From positions 1 to 40,286 of the forward strand of contig CAXNAD020000031.1 in NCBI GenBank assembly GCA_964200185.2: a stretch of DNA of 40,286 nt. Direction: 5' to 3'. The notes under the pieces are model-generated. The model was given only the letters and a program-made list of their open reading frames with translations. It was not told the origin of the DNA and searched no databases. A program made the translations under genes and the position numbers. This document shows positions 1 to 12,000 of the stretch, in pieces; the stretch's first letter is position 1; each line of letters begins with the position of its first letter. Source of the DNA: Choristocarpus tenellus KU-1152. Lineage: Eukaryota > Protista > Phaeophyceae.

Positions 1-126
1 CAGATTGAACTGGGTTGGGTTCCAGATTGAACTGGGTTGGGTTCCAGATTGAACTGGGTTGGGTTCCAGATTGAACTGGGTTGGGTTCCAGATTGAACTG
101 GGTTGGGTTCCAGATTGAACTGGGTT
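1..126. repeat. 22-bp minisatellite (CAGATTGAACTGGGTTGGGTTC)n
   Basis: 5 perfect copies plus a partial copy, running off the left edge. Confidence 0.97.
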
Positions 127-3008
127 GAACATGTATGTGGCTGTGCTTAACAGAGGCAGGTAAGGCCTTGGTCAACCTTTGATTGATTGATCGTCGTATT
201 GAGCTAAACCAATTGAGAGGTAGGCAGGTTTGGACCCTTTTGCATTCTAAGCCATTTCATTGCTTTACATGTTCAACAGTGTACGCAGAATTGATTTTCC
301 CCCTTCAAACACATTAAGCGATAGTACAATTCAGGAAAGGCTCATCATCTGCGAATAATGTACAAAATATGTCTTTTTGTCCTTTGTGGAGATCCTTTAA
401 GTACATTACCTACGAATATGATGCAGTTATGGTCGAAAGAACAAAAAAACGGAAGATATTTCCAAGAACAAACCAACAATAGACCATAGTAGTCGAGCCC
501 CTACCATGGATCCAAATGGACAGAACTTTCACAAGGTAGTTGATACGATCTGATAGGCAAACACGACTTACTTGCTACGACGTATTTACACCCCTATCTT
601 CAATACGACCTCATCCCTCCATATTTCAAGTACCTTTTTCTTAGTGAGTGTACGCACTGTCATTGTTGCTAATAATTAATGCCTCTAATATCATGTCATT
701 GAAGTGTCACCATCGAAAGTGATATAGAATGCGTAGAACTGATTGTTCTTGGAATACACAACACAAGTTATTTGTTCCAGTGTACTGAAAAATAAGAAAA
801 TACAATAAAGGTACTAACACAACTCTAAAACTGTTCTTAAGCAGGTGACAAAGGAGTGGAAGAACACCCCTCTTTCTCAATTTATCTTGTTGTGAACCGA
901 AGCAACTATTGTTTGCTGTAGTAGATGATACAGATACAGTTTTGTAACATTTTAAAATTAAACCTTCAAAGAAGGCAACATGAAACACACACATGTCGTT
1001 CATAATTATTCAACCAGAGTTGAGTATGAGGTATTTTTACCCTTACATGTGCACTGCATGGCTATTTTGCAATTTACTTAATATGGAATGGGTAGTATGG
1101 GAGAGCTCTGGGTCCTGGATCTTAGCCATACACACCGTCGGTTAGATGGAGGATAATTGCATGATTCCTTAACAGCTGGGTCTCTCTTCTCCCCGTTTGG
1201 ACTATATGGCCACCCCGCTACGATTACCTAATCCCACCATGCAGCAGGCGGGCAACACTTCTTTCTGTGGACCCTTGAGAGGATCGTATAGGTGACTGAC
1301 TCAACTGAGGCAACGGATTTCTATGAGGGAGGGTGTGTAATAATAGGTCTCTGCGTCTAGGGACATACCACCAGGTCCAAGCCCAGATGCAAACCAGCAC
1401 AGATAGGTGATGCAGGTCTGTCCTCCATGATCCATCCCCAAAGTCAGAGGGCATCAAGAGATTCAAAATGTGAGAGGATAGGAAGAGGTTAAAAAAAAAT
1501 CCCCCAAAGTTAAAAATAAAACTAGAAATGGGGAAGCTCGCAAATGCGACTTACTATATTTCTACTACGATAAAATAAAACGAATACAAAACGAAATCTA
1601 ATCTCAATACGTTACTTCAATCTTATGGTGATTTTCTGGTGTCAGACCATTACAAATATATGGGGTGGTCCTCTGTTCCCATCAAAGCAACGCGTATGTA
1701 TGGAAAATGTCCCTACTTATCTTATTGGTCCTTTGCCATCTTCGGATGAAAAATATCATAGGTCCCATTTCCGATTCTTGTATCGTATCTGTCGATAGGT
1801 ATACTCAACAGTTGTACTGTATTGACATTAAGTACAGTGACTATGTGTCTTCCCCATCCTAATCGCATTGGACCAGACCTACATGCAGAGTGATACGTTT
1901 GTCTACTCTGGGGGAACCATCAGTGATGGTGCCGCTTTTACTGCTGAGACCAGTCAGAGAATTAAGAGAGCTTGCTGGTTCAGTTGCCTGTATGGGGTAT
2001 GATCAGTGACTTCCCAAGAAGATGCTGATGTTTGGAGAGCCCTTGCGAATGGAAAACTGAAGCAAGGTTATTAACAGGAGAACTGGTGGACATGCCTCCA
2101 AGAAGACCTAGACAAGTTCGGGATTGGAGTTAAGGTTTGGAGCTCCAAGGAGACTGACCAACAGGAGTGAGATAAGTAATAAAGTGTGTGGCTAACGTGA
2201 CAAGGCTCATGTTTGAATGGCATTTCCAAGGAAGGTGTGATACCCAATGTACGTAATACCAAAGCACCAGTTAAGGTCGCTGAAGGCATCACCACAACCA
2301 TCATCACTCTGTTTTGAAAGCTGTTTTCTTTGTGGGCATATTTTCTTGCATCATTCATCTTCCTTCCTCTCTTCTTCACTTTTTTGGGTTATGTTTTTCT
2401 AGGAGTGTACGTTCTGTTCTTTTTCTTTAATTGAAGACTGACGTGATAATTAATAAATACGTATAAAATGTGAAACAGACGGAAACAAGCCGACAGGCTC
2501 TACATAATGAAGGGGAACGGGAAGACCCACAGGAGGTAAGGAAAAGGAGGGAGAGAAATCGAGAGGGAGAGCAATCCCTCAGAAGACCACTTAGAACAGG
2601 AGTGAACAAGTGGGAAATGTATGACGGAGGTTTGTAAGGTCCCCTCAAACCACCTGCTATTTTCGTCAACCAGATGTTACCTTCAACATGCAAAAAAAAT
2701 GTCATGTGAATACCAGATTCTTCAAGATAGGTTACCTTCAAGGTATACCTTCTTTGGAAGATGGCTCTCACAAGAAATACATGAACAATATGCCTACCTT
2801 TTTCTGACGGAATTTACTAAGGTGAACCCTTTTTCGTCTGTACCTGGTGTTTTCTTACTATAAATTGTAATGTTGGTGAGATCAATTTGCATATCATAGT
2901 TTTTTCAAACCTCCTCTTACACCATACTTCCAGATATTTTCAATTGGTTGTGAAGAGAGTGGGTGGGTTGGACTGTCATTAGGTCTCGTGTGCTGCACCG
3001 TAAATATT

Positions 3009-3029
3009 ATGAGCTTCTTAGGCTCGCAG
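3009..3029 (+). CDS. TMEM94: TMEM94 exon 1 (MSFLGSQ, probable start codon)
   Basis: ATG at 3009, donor CAG|GTAGGC, phase 0 fits exon 2. The frame is open back to acceptor 2934, so the start could lie further upstream. Confidence 0.55.
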
Positions 3030-6000
3030 GTAGGCCGTCGTTTACTGTAGATGTTGGAGCTGCACGACTTCTATCAGCGAGACTTCTTCCAGGGCATTCA
3101 CTTGTTCAAGTAGATCTCTAACCACGCTTTTGCGAAGTCAAGGCTATGTCATGTATTGAGTGAAGTAATTATCAACCGTTCATGGAATGACACCGTAGTT
3201 CATTCCCACGTAGAACAAGAAGCATCTCCGATCATTTCAAAAAATCCAAGGATGTTTTGTGCTGCTGGACAGTGCGCAGTACTATATTTCTTGTCTTGGC
3301 CCTCCAATCATGTGAAGTTCATGTGTTGGCTCTCTTTTCTCCAGGCCTTCGTGTGATCCTTTTTCTCTCGCAGTCATACACTTGTAGTGTTATCAGTGTA
3401 CGTTGATATCTAGTGCACCAGCACGGATGGGGCAGGCACCAGTGCTGTACTAGTTACCCCCTCGATTCCCCTCGCTCTCCTTCTCCTATGACGTCTTCCG
3501 CTGGACGACGCTTAATAGGATGGCAAGTATCTTGGAGAAACAACCAGAATTGCGAGGCAAAGGCTGGCGACTGTAGCCGAGAGGTGCGTGCAATTATGTG
3601 GCACTTGGTTATCACTCACAGTCCAAATCCAGCATATTTTTGAGATTCATCTGTTGGTCGGCATGTCTGCAGATGTGTAGCTGATGGGGCAGCTCATGTT
3701 CCCTCCTTGGGCCTTGTGTGGAGACGAGAACTATTTTTCAGCAAGCTTGGCGTAGGATCTGTGGGCGTAATTGTCGTGATGCTTATGGGGTATGGTCTCA
3801 ATGTCGACCGCAAGGTGAAGTACTGTTCTTCTTGGTTGCTTGAGGTACTGGAATCTGAAGGGCTCCCGTGCCATCATGGGGTAGGATCATTGGCTACTGC
3901 CTGTGCAAATGCTAACTGGTTGCACAAAGCTCAGGGTACTTACTTTGTGAAACACTGTTCTCAATCAGCAGGCTACGACTTTGGCTATGGCCTTGCTCAT
4001 GTTGTGCTCCCTGTTGGTGGGCACCTTGGTGAAATCAGTATATAGGCGGTGAGTACTTTAGACAGTATGCAACAAGAGTGGAGCACACCTATTTCTATGT
4101 TACTGACCCAGCGTCGTCATCAACTGGCCTCCTGACTGTCAGTATTCTGTATTTGGTAGTTTTTAGGTTGATAGACTATCATAGTTTCTAGCGACGTGGG
4201 ACTCAAGCATGCCTCACCATTAAAATGTAGCAATTGGGGATATTACAAGACAAGTTGACTGCCCTTTTATGCTTGTTATGTGATATTGTGTTATTTTGAT
4301 GTGTAAATGCCATTCTTGAGTTTCGGGTGATGGGGGGACCAAACCACTGTACTACTTTTGCCAACTATGGAAGTTCACCTTGAAATTTTGATGAATATTT
4401 TGTACAGCATAAGAATTTAAATGTAGAAGATCTTATCATGCAATGTGTGAGGGGGAGAGCCTACACTACGGGGAAGCCAACAATCCAAGGGTACAATTGG
4501 TAGTGAATTATTGTCTGGAGTACGAGAAAATCACACAAAGTTGCACTTACCTATTTGCAACTCTGGCAACTTGAACCTTTTACATGTTTGGCTTGACTTT
4601 GAAAATTTGTGATGCACAAGGCAGTTGAGTTTACTTACTGTGTTGATTGGAGTGAAAGATGTTACCTAGTGCCTCTTCAACATGTTGCCATTTCACTAGG
4701 AATTGCATCTTACACCCAATTGGTTTGAAGATTTGTTACAAGTATCTGCAACTCTCGGTGTTTGTGAAGAGTATCTGCTTGAGGCTATGAATGGTGTCAG
4801 TTGTACCTGATATGTGGTGAAATTCACAGAGATTTTGACAGATGGTCTGTTTATCTTGAATGGCCACAGATTTAGAGTGGGCATAGTGTGCCTTGCTTGG
4901 ATCCACAATGGTGAAACCACGTACAAGAGTTCGCGAATCCTGTGTTCTTGGTACACATATGGTACATGGTCCTGGGGTCAATCTACCACATTCAGAGGGT
5001 TGAAGTGAGGGGTCCAACCAGCATGGTTGAAGAACTCGGCTGCCAAGTCTAAGCCCATGCTAGAACGAGGATGGGGTTTTTGTTGATTTGAGGGGGAAAT
5101 TCATGTTCTTAGGGTGGATGGCATCAATATTATATCCATAGAGAGGACCTGCATAGCAGTGGTTGGTTGGTTATCTGTTGACATTCTTGTCAAGGCAAAT
5201 AACATATTTTTTTCTCACATTTGAGTGTTGCTCCCAAGTCCAAGTTGTGTTCAAAAACTGTTTGAAAAATGCAAAGCAATACTCAACAAAAAGGACCTCG
5301 TCCCATATTTAATGTAGAGGTCTATTGCCATGGTGCAGACCCAGCAGTCTACCTGAGGTTGTGTCCTACTTAAAAGATACATAGATAGCAAATCTTGATT
5401 CTCATTGAAAGAGCCAGCATAAAATAGTGCTTTTCCCTCAACCCAGCTCCACTGAAAAAAGAAGTGTTGTGAATTGTGACAATTGTTTTGAGTTCATCAG
5501 TTTAACTGAAGAATAATTGAGATTGTAATTGCAACCTTTTGATTTATTGATTATTACTTTATTGGGCATAGGCATGCTGAACAATTGACTTAAAGAAATG
5601 TTTGTGGCACTTGTTGTTCCTCACAGTCACCTTGCCTTGTGTGCTGTGTGCTATGTGCATGCTTTGCTGATAAATGAAACATCCATGATTATTTACTTCA
5701 ATTCAAAGCATAGCAAAAAGACCAACCAATCCCCCCCCCCAAAAGGAACGCTATCAAGCTTCAGTTTAAGAGGTGTATGTGAAGAATATGTTAACACTAA
5801 AGGGGCCAAGTGAAGAATGAAAATAAAGACTGGAATATGTGGAAATATAAAAGAACATTTGGAACACACAATTCCAAGTTTGGGAATATTTATTTCAGTC
5901 TATTACATCCTCTACATGTCATATCGTTGTAATAGTTTGGATTAGAAGGACCAACAACACTATATACCCTGCCATTTCTTTTACCATTTTTGAGGCTTGT

Positions 6001-9000
6001 ATTTAGAGGTCACACTTTCCTCACATACAAACATTGAAAAGTTTGAAGTGCTATATTTTATTTTTTTGGCTAGTGTTTGTGGTGATGGAAGAGGGAAAAG
6101 TTTGCCAAATGTAGAAAGGGGCACATGCTGTAGATGTCATACCATGTCTCAGACTGTAGTGGCCTTAATGAACAGTAAATTTCTTGTGTCTCAGGTGGTT
6201 GTTCTCTGTGCTTCCCGAAATCAATGTGTGGGTTGCGTGATCCACCTTTGTTTATACCAATACATATCTGTGAGGGACCATCTCTACTGTATCCTTTTCC
6301 ACTGTTGAACTCCCTTGAACTATTGCAACTACGAAAGATCCATATTTTTTTGTTTCCAGCACACTGGAATAACTGTCTTCAATTGTAACTGTCAGAACTC
6401 CCTACCCAACAGCTATAGTGAAGGTGGTAGTCCATTGGCATGATTGTACCATCCCCCAATTTTTCTAATTTATACCAAGACTTAACCCTCGGTTACTGTT
6501 TTACATAGTAGTTTAGGGTTAGGGGTTGTGATATTATTATATATACCCTAATGATCTAACTGACATGCAAGTGTCTGCCACACACGGCTCATGAAGGTGG
6601 AAAGGTCCGAAGCATGTTCTTGTTGCTTGTCAACATTAATAATATGTTTTTCTATACCGTACACTGTATGTGCACCCTTTGCAGGTGTGAGGCCTTGGAA
6701 CTGCGAGACCGTGTCTTAGCATCACTTAGTGCATTTGTGCACAACTCTGAAGTGGCAATGGACAACCCAGCAGGTGTTAGGTTTATTCAAGGATTACGTA
6801 GTACTTTGAGGGTTAGGGCTCCCGCTTGTAATCTTTCTAAAAATTCAACACCCACAGTTCGAGCCAGCTCGCTCTACCAGATTCTAACCCTAACCCTAAG
6901 TTATCAACTCTCCTCTGTACTTGAGTGTTCCAATAGTGCTATGAAGCAACCCTTAAAAGGTCCCTGGGTGCTGCTTATGTATGTGCTGTGTAAAACCGAG
7001 TGGATCCCATTCATCGATCCAACTATCTTTCAGTCTTTTTGAGGTAGTTTTTGGGTAAGTGTTGCTAATTGTTGTGTTTCAAAACCCAACACCCACAAGT
7101 TGGATCAGTTCTAACTGGCTCTAACTTACTGCCTTGTTTACTCGCCACATCATACCAAGCACTCACACCTCCCAGAGCAACTTATCACTTGCTCTGTGTG
7201 GCATTGACTCAAACCAGGTCTACCCATGTATGATTGACTATCTTTGGCCTTGTAGATGTACATGAGAATTGAAACCAAAAAAGTACTAGATGGTACATGA
7301 AATAAGTTTGGGGTTATCTACCTTGAACTATGGTCTTGGAATTCCTAAGTATTCCTTATTACTTATCCTTAGGTAAAGATACATAACAATGATGGATATT
7401 GATGAAGTGAAAAAAAAAGAAGTTTTCAGGCACCCCTCAGCAATTTCCTCATCCTCTGATGATCACTTCTGTCAAGAGTGAATCATCATGTTATTAGGTG
7501 CAAGTTCTAAGTATGTAGTATAACAACTCCATGTATCGCACAAGTATTGATATCATCTTCTTCAGCATTAGCAACTATATGAACTATGGAGCTAGGGGAG
7601 GGGGGAAAATCATTTTGAATATATCCTTGACTACTGCACTGTCATGTTTGAAAATTAATTGAAAAAATACAAGTAACCTTTGAGATTCCTCTTTGGTTGA
7701 AGATCCATTTGGGACAGTATTTGAGGTTATGAAGATATCAGGTGTAACCACATAACATGCATTATCTCTCCTGTTAATGCGATAAGTGATATTCCTTTCT
7801 TTGACAACGTATCTCTTGCAAAGATTCCATCTGTCCAGGTAGTCAATCAGATATCTCTTGTACCAAGTTCCGCTCCATTTCTGCTTGTATTTTTTTTAGA
7901 AGGGTCATTGCTTTAGAAACAAAGGGCGAAGGTGTAGTTGTAAGTACAAGTTAGTTGTAAGTACAAGTTCTACCTGGTACGTTCGATGTGTCCCCATAAC
8001 ACCATTAATTTGTACTACCCACTTAAAGAAATGATTATACCAATACCACCAATTTGCGCTATGTTAGAAATTGTTCTCTGTTACTTTCTCCTCTGCTTCC
8101 ATAATTGTCCTGTCATAAATGCCTTACTGTAGTCTTGTGACAGCATTTTCAAGTCCTTTGTGTGGTTGTTTTTGATCAGATCTTGGTGGATTCTTGCCTC
8201 AGGTGAGGAGCGTTCTACATGCAAGATAATTTAAAGGAAAAAGCTATGTCCTTGCAGAGAGCATTAATGTGTTTTGCATCCTCATACCCCTCTGCGTATT
8301 TCCCTGTCTCTCATCAGAATCAAGCAATATCCCACCATCCCGACACTCCAGGGGACAGGCTGTGGGCTTACACCAGGGCAATTCACTAGCAACAGTAGTG
8401 CCTGTGTACCGTGATGGGTTGTGGCAACGCATTCCCAAACTCCTTCTTGTAGAGGTGGAGAGCCTTGGGAGGGATTCTGCTTGTTGCATGCGAAACTGTG
8501 GCATCTCATCAATGTTTGAAATGCTTGCTGGCCTTTGTGTGTGTGTATGTGACTGGTGAAGGGGGCAGCCACCAGGCCATGGAATTCTTAACATGTAGTG
8601 GATTCTATGTTACTAGCAGCAGGTTTTGTCTTTTTGAGGGTGAAGACTGTCCAGTTGGCCCCCAGTTTCCCCTTATTATTATGTTGTCCTGATGTATCAG
8701 TTGTATTACCTCATTTCACAGCTCCTTATCTGACAGGGAGATGTGGTTGCCCTTATGGGGGGCGACAAGGCACCCGCTAGTGCAGAGCTACTCAGCATTG
8801 ATGGGGACGTTTTGCCCATTGATATGAAGGTGAATCTTGAGGGAGCCCATGAAAACCAAGGTGAGACCATCATAAGACTACTTTGGGTTTTGATGTTGAA
8901 AAATGACTGTTAACATTATGTTTGGCTTGTAAGTTGGATAGTCTCCTTACTTACACCCATTGCATTTCTCGCAGTTGGCCAGGTGGCAGTCATATCATGG

Positions 9001-12000
9001 TTGCCATGTCTAGTATGTCACTAAAGTCCTATCAGGACTGGAAAGAAACTGGTGTATTTCACACAATGACCCTTTGATGCTGTCTCCATTGTCTCTTTAA
9101 CGTGTGCAACAAGATTTGAGTATCCCCATGAAGGGTGATGATGGGGGATTGAAGATAACCCAGTCAGAATTAGGAGCATCACCAAAGGAGGGAATGGCAC
9201 CTACTCCTGCTTCAGTTTCTCAGCCCTTGATTTTCAAATCACAGGGCTCTCAGGTGCCTCTCTCACCTCTTGTTTTTCAGTAAATGGGAACTGAGTGTTG
9301 TTAGTATGTTGGTGACAGTGATTGCTCTATGGCAAGTGAAGACAAGCAAGTTGCTTATCATTGCATTGTAATTTTGATAGATGCCCCTGTCCCGAGTCCT
9401 TGTGTATGTTATGAATGCTTGGAAGTCAAAAACATGTAGAAATTAATTACTTTCCAATCAGTCTATGGAGGACATTGACTTGCCTATTGTAGCCTAAAAG
9501 TGGTCAAGAGTCTTAGGTAGAGTATCTGTTGATATAATGGTTAGTACTGTGTGATGAAGAAAGCTGTCTGTTGTGATGCTCAGTCGCTCATTCTTTATTA
9601 CGTTTATTATGTCTAATTCCAAGACCTGGCCACTGTAATATGCCTTTACATCTCATCTCCTGGGCAGCTCTGTGATTCTCAAAGTTCCATGCCGACCTTC
9701 CTGTAGCAAACTTCTTCATGTGTATTATTAATAGTGTTACTATTATGTACTAGCATTTCTAACATTTTCTATTCATAGTTATTTTGTTTTATGCTGATTG
9801 TGAAAGGTGTCAGGTGGGGAGTGCATTCAATTGCGTTCAGTGGCAAGTGAGTACTTCAAGAAGAGAATGATGGTTTCTGCCACTTCACCGGATCTTCTGT
9901 TCCTCTGCGGAGACATGCGTTGCTACCGCCTGCTTGAAACGCCCTTGGCAGTTCATCTGAAGGTGGGATGCCACATCCAAGGCTCATGAGTATGGACTGT
10001 AGCAATACTGGTAGTATTATCTACTTTTGGTTTGTATTATCTGGCATCTGTTGGGCTATGTACTATGTAATTTGTAGCTAAGAATTTGGTAAATTTTGCT
10101 TTGCTTGCTGCTAATAAAAGATGAACAGGACACTTGTAACAAGAAACCCTTCACCCTTTGGTACAAAATATCCAGCATGCACTTTCTCCAGATTGCCCAA
10201 GGGCAGAGCCATCTCTCCTGTGCAAGCGAGTCAAAGAGGCATGGGCAAAGGGGTTCCACATCATACTGATCATGGTCTCTTTGGCTGCTATATTGGGTGG
10301 CATACGATTAGCACTTGTAGAAGGATCAAGGGATGGTTGGGCACTTTTCCTCTTGGTTATTCCGAGTCAGGTGAGCTATAGGGAGTCACTGGTAGAAGGA
10401 GAGAGTGTTCAGCACAGGTGCTGTTGTGAGATGTATGTGGCATAGTTCCAATGCATCCCCATCTATGTATTCTCCCTTGCCCTTCTTGTCTACATAGTAA
10501 CACTGACTGCCCTTTTTCAATGTTGAAATCATAAGGAGTGTGTCACAAGCTCAAACTTCATTCGGTGTCATGTTACATATGTTCCACAAAAATGTTGTGC
10601 ATTTCACCAGGTAGCACTAAGTGTTCTTCCAATTTCCTTACCTCTCTACCTGGCTGTTGGTGAGGCAGCAGGAACAGCACGTCTGCTTGCATTTTGTGAG
10701 CTCATGCTTCTTCGCAAGAGGTATGTTTCAAGCCCTAAGAAACAACAACATTTGCTATCGTGTAGTCCTACTTCCCATATTCAGCTTGTTCTGCTTCAAA
10801 AGTATTGTACTCCAGTTTATCTCTATTGTCTATAGTTTTCTGGTTGCAAAGTAATGAATATCAGGTACATGCTACTAGTAGTGACGGCCCTGTGAGTGTC
10901 ATCTACATTGTTGTATATTCACTTCAAAAACTAAGAGCCATGGGTTATCAAATGCAAGGAAGAATTGAGAGTCAGATGAACTCGCCCGATTAGATGAGAT
11001 GACTTGATAATTAGTTTTTTTATAAGTACTACATTTAGCTTCCAGAATTTTTGTGTCATTTTTGAAGCCTTTCCTTTAGCGTAGACTTCAACCATTTTTC
11101 ACAACTTCTTTTGATGGAGGTGCATTGAAAAGATACAGCAGTGCATGATACCCTTATTTTGTTATTGTTTGTTTTGTCTCAGAGATAGACGTGAAGCAGG
11201 AGAGGCACATCGTTCAGCAGCCAATGGATATCAGGGTGATGTGTTTGACCAGTTTGATGCTGACGAGAGGGAAGAGATTATTTCTGGCACAACTCACAGA
11301 ATTTCTTGGGGGAGGGGACGCAAGTACATGACGATAGTTTGGAAAGCCAGGTGTGTATGGCAAGTTTGAACCTACTGATAGAAAGATTACAATACAACCC
11401 CTCCGCTGGTAGAGGTCAACTGTAATGTAGACTGTTTTCTTGAGTGGTACCCTTCCCTCTGCCCAGCAAGGTTTGTTGCGAATGACAGAATTGATTATGT
11501 GTTTGTTTATTGGGTAGGGAGCTGGGATTTTTTTTGTGTTTTTTCAATGTATGTGCACACCACACCAAGCTCTTCTTATTCTGTGGATTTGCTGGACAAG
11601 CCATTGTCTTGAGTTATGTTTCATGGTCTCAGGTCATAACAAAGGTACTACACACTACAACACTTGTGTGTATTACAACCATGAGCGTCTACAGATTGTT
11701 TTATTAAGGTACAAGAAATCCAAGGACCTCAGAATGTGTCTTGCACACAATAGTTGTGAGTGTGAAGGGTCCTGTGCATAGCATAAGAAAGAGACAACCA
11801 ATGCACTTTCTTTCCCTTCATTCTTAGTCATTACTTTGAAGTAGTAGTGGTGATGACTGTGCAGTTGCTATTTTATCTGTGACTATGTCTGAAACATCTA
11901 GATGACATTTTTGTAGGTGTGGAACCAGGCATGTGGTTGCTTCACAGTAGGTGCATCCATTTCCCATCAGTTGCTGTCCAAAGTGATGGGCTGTGTGAGT

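Larger units (their letters stand above)
2450..3820. promoter_or_regulatory. CpG-retaining promoter/5' region of TMEM94 with probable 5'UTR exon (donor GAG|GTAAGG at 2535, acceptor at 2933)
   Basis: 26 CpG in 3001-3600 versus 2 in 5401-6000 (hand count); strong donor and acceptor upstream of the ATG. Confidence 0.5.

Noticed and set aside
2621-2863. 80-aa ORF as an additional first coding exon (donor AAG|GTGAAC at 2821, in phase with 2934)
   Set aside because: Phase-compatible but no resemblance to TMEM94; ATG 3009 already gives a typical N-terminus length. Not excluded without RNA-seq.
4690-5200. Overlapping ORFs in intron 4 as an exon or hAT-like transposase relic
   Set aside because: Not needed for gene phase, and no convincing conserved motif
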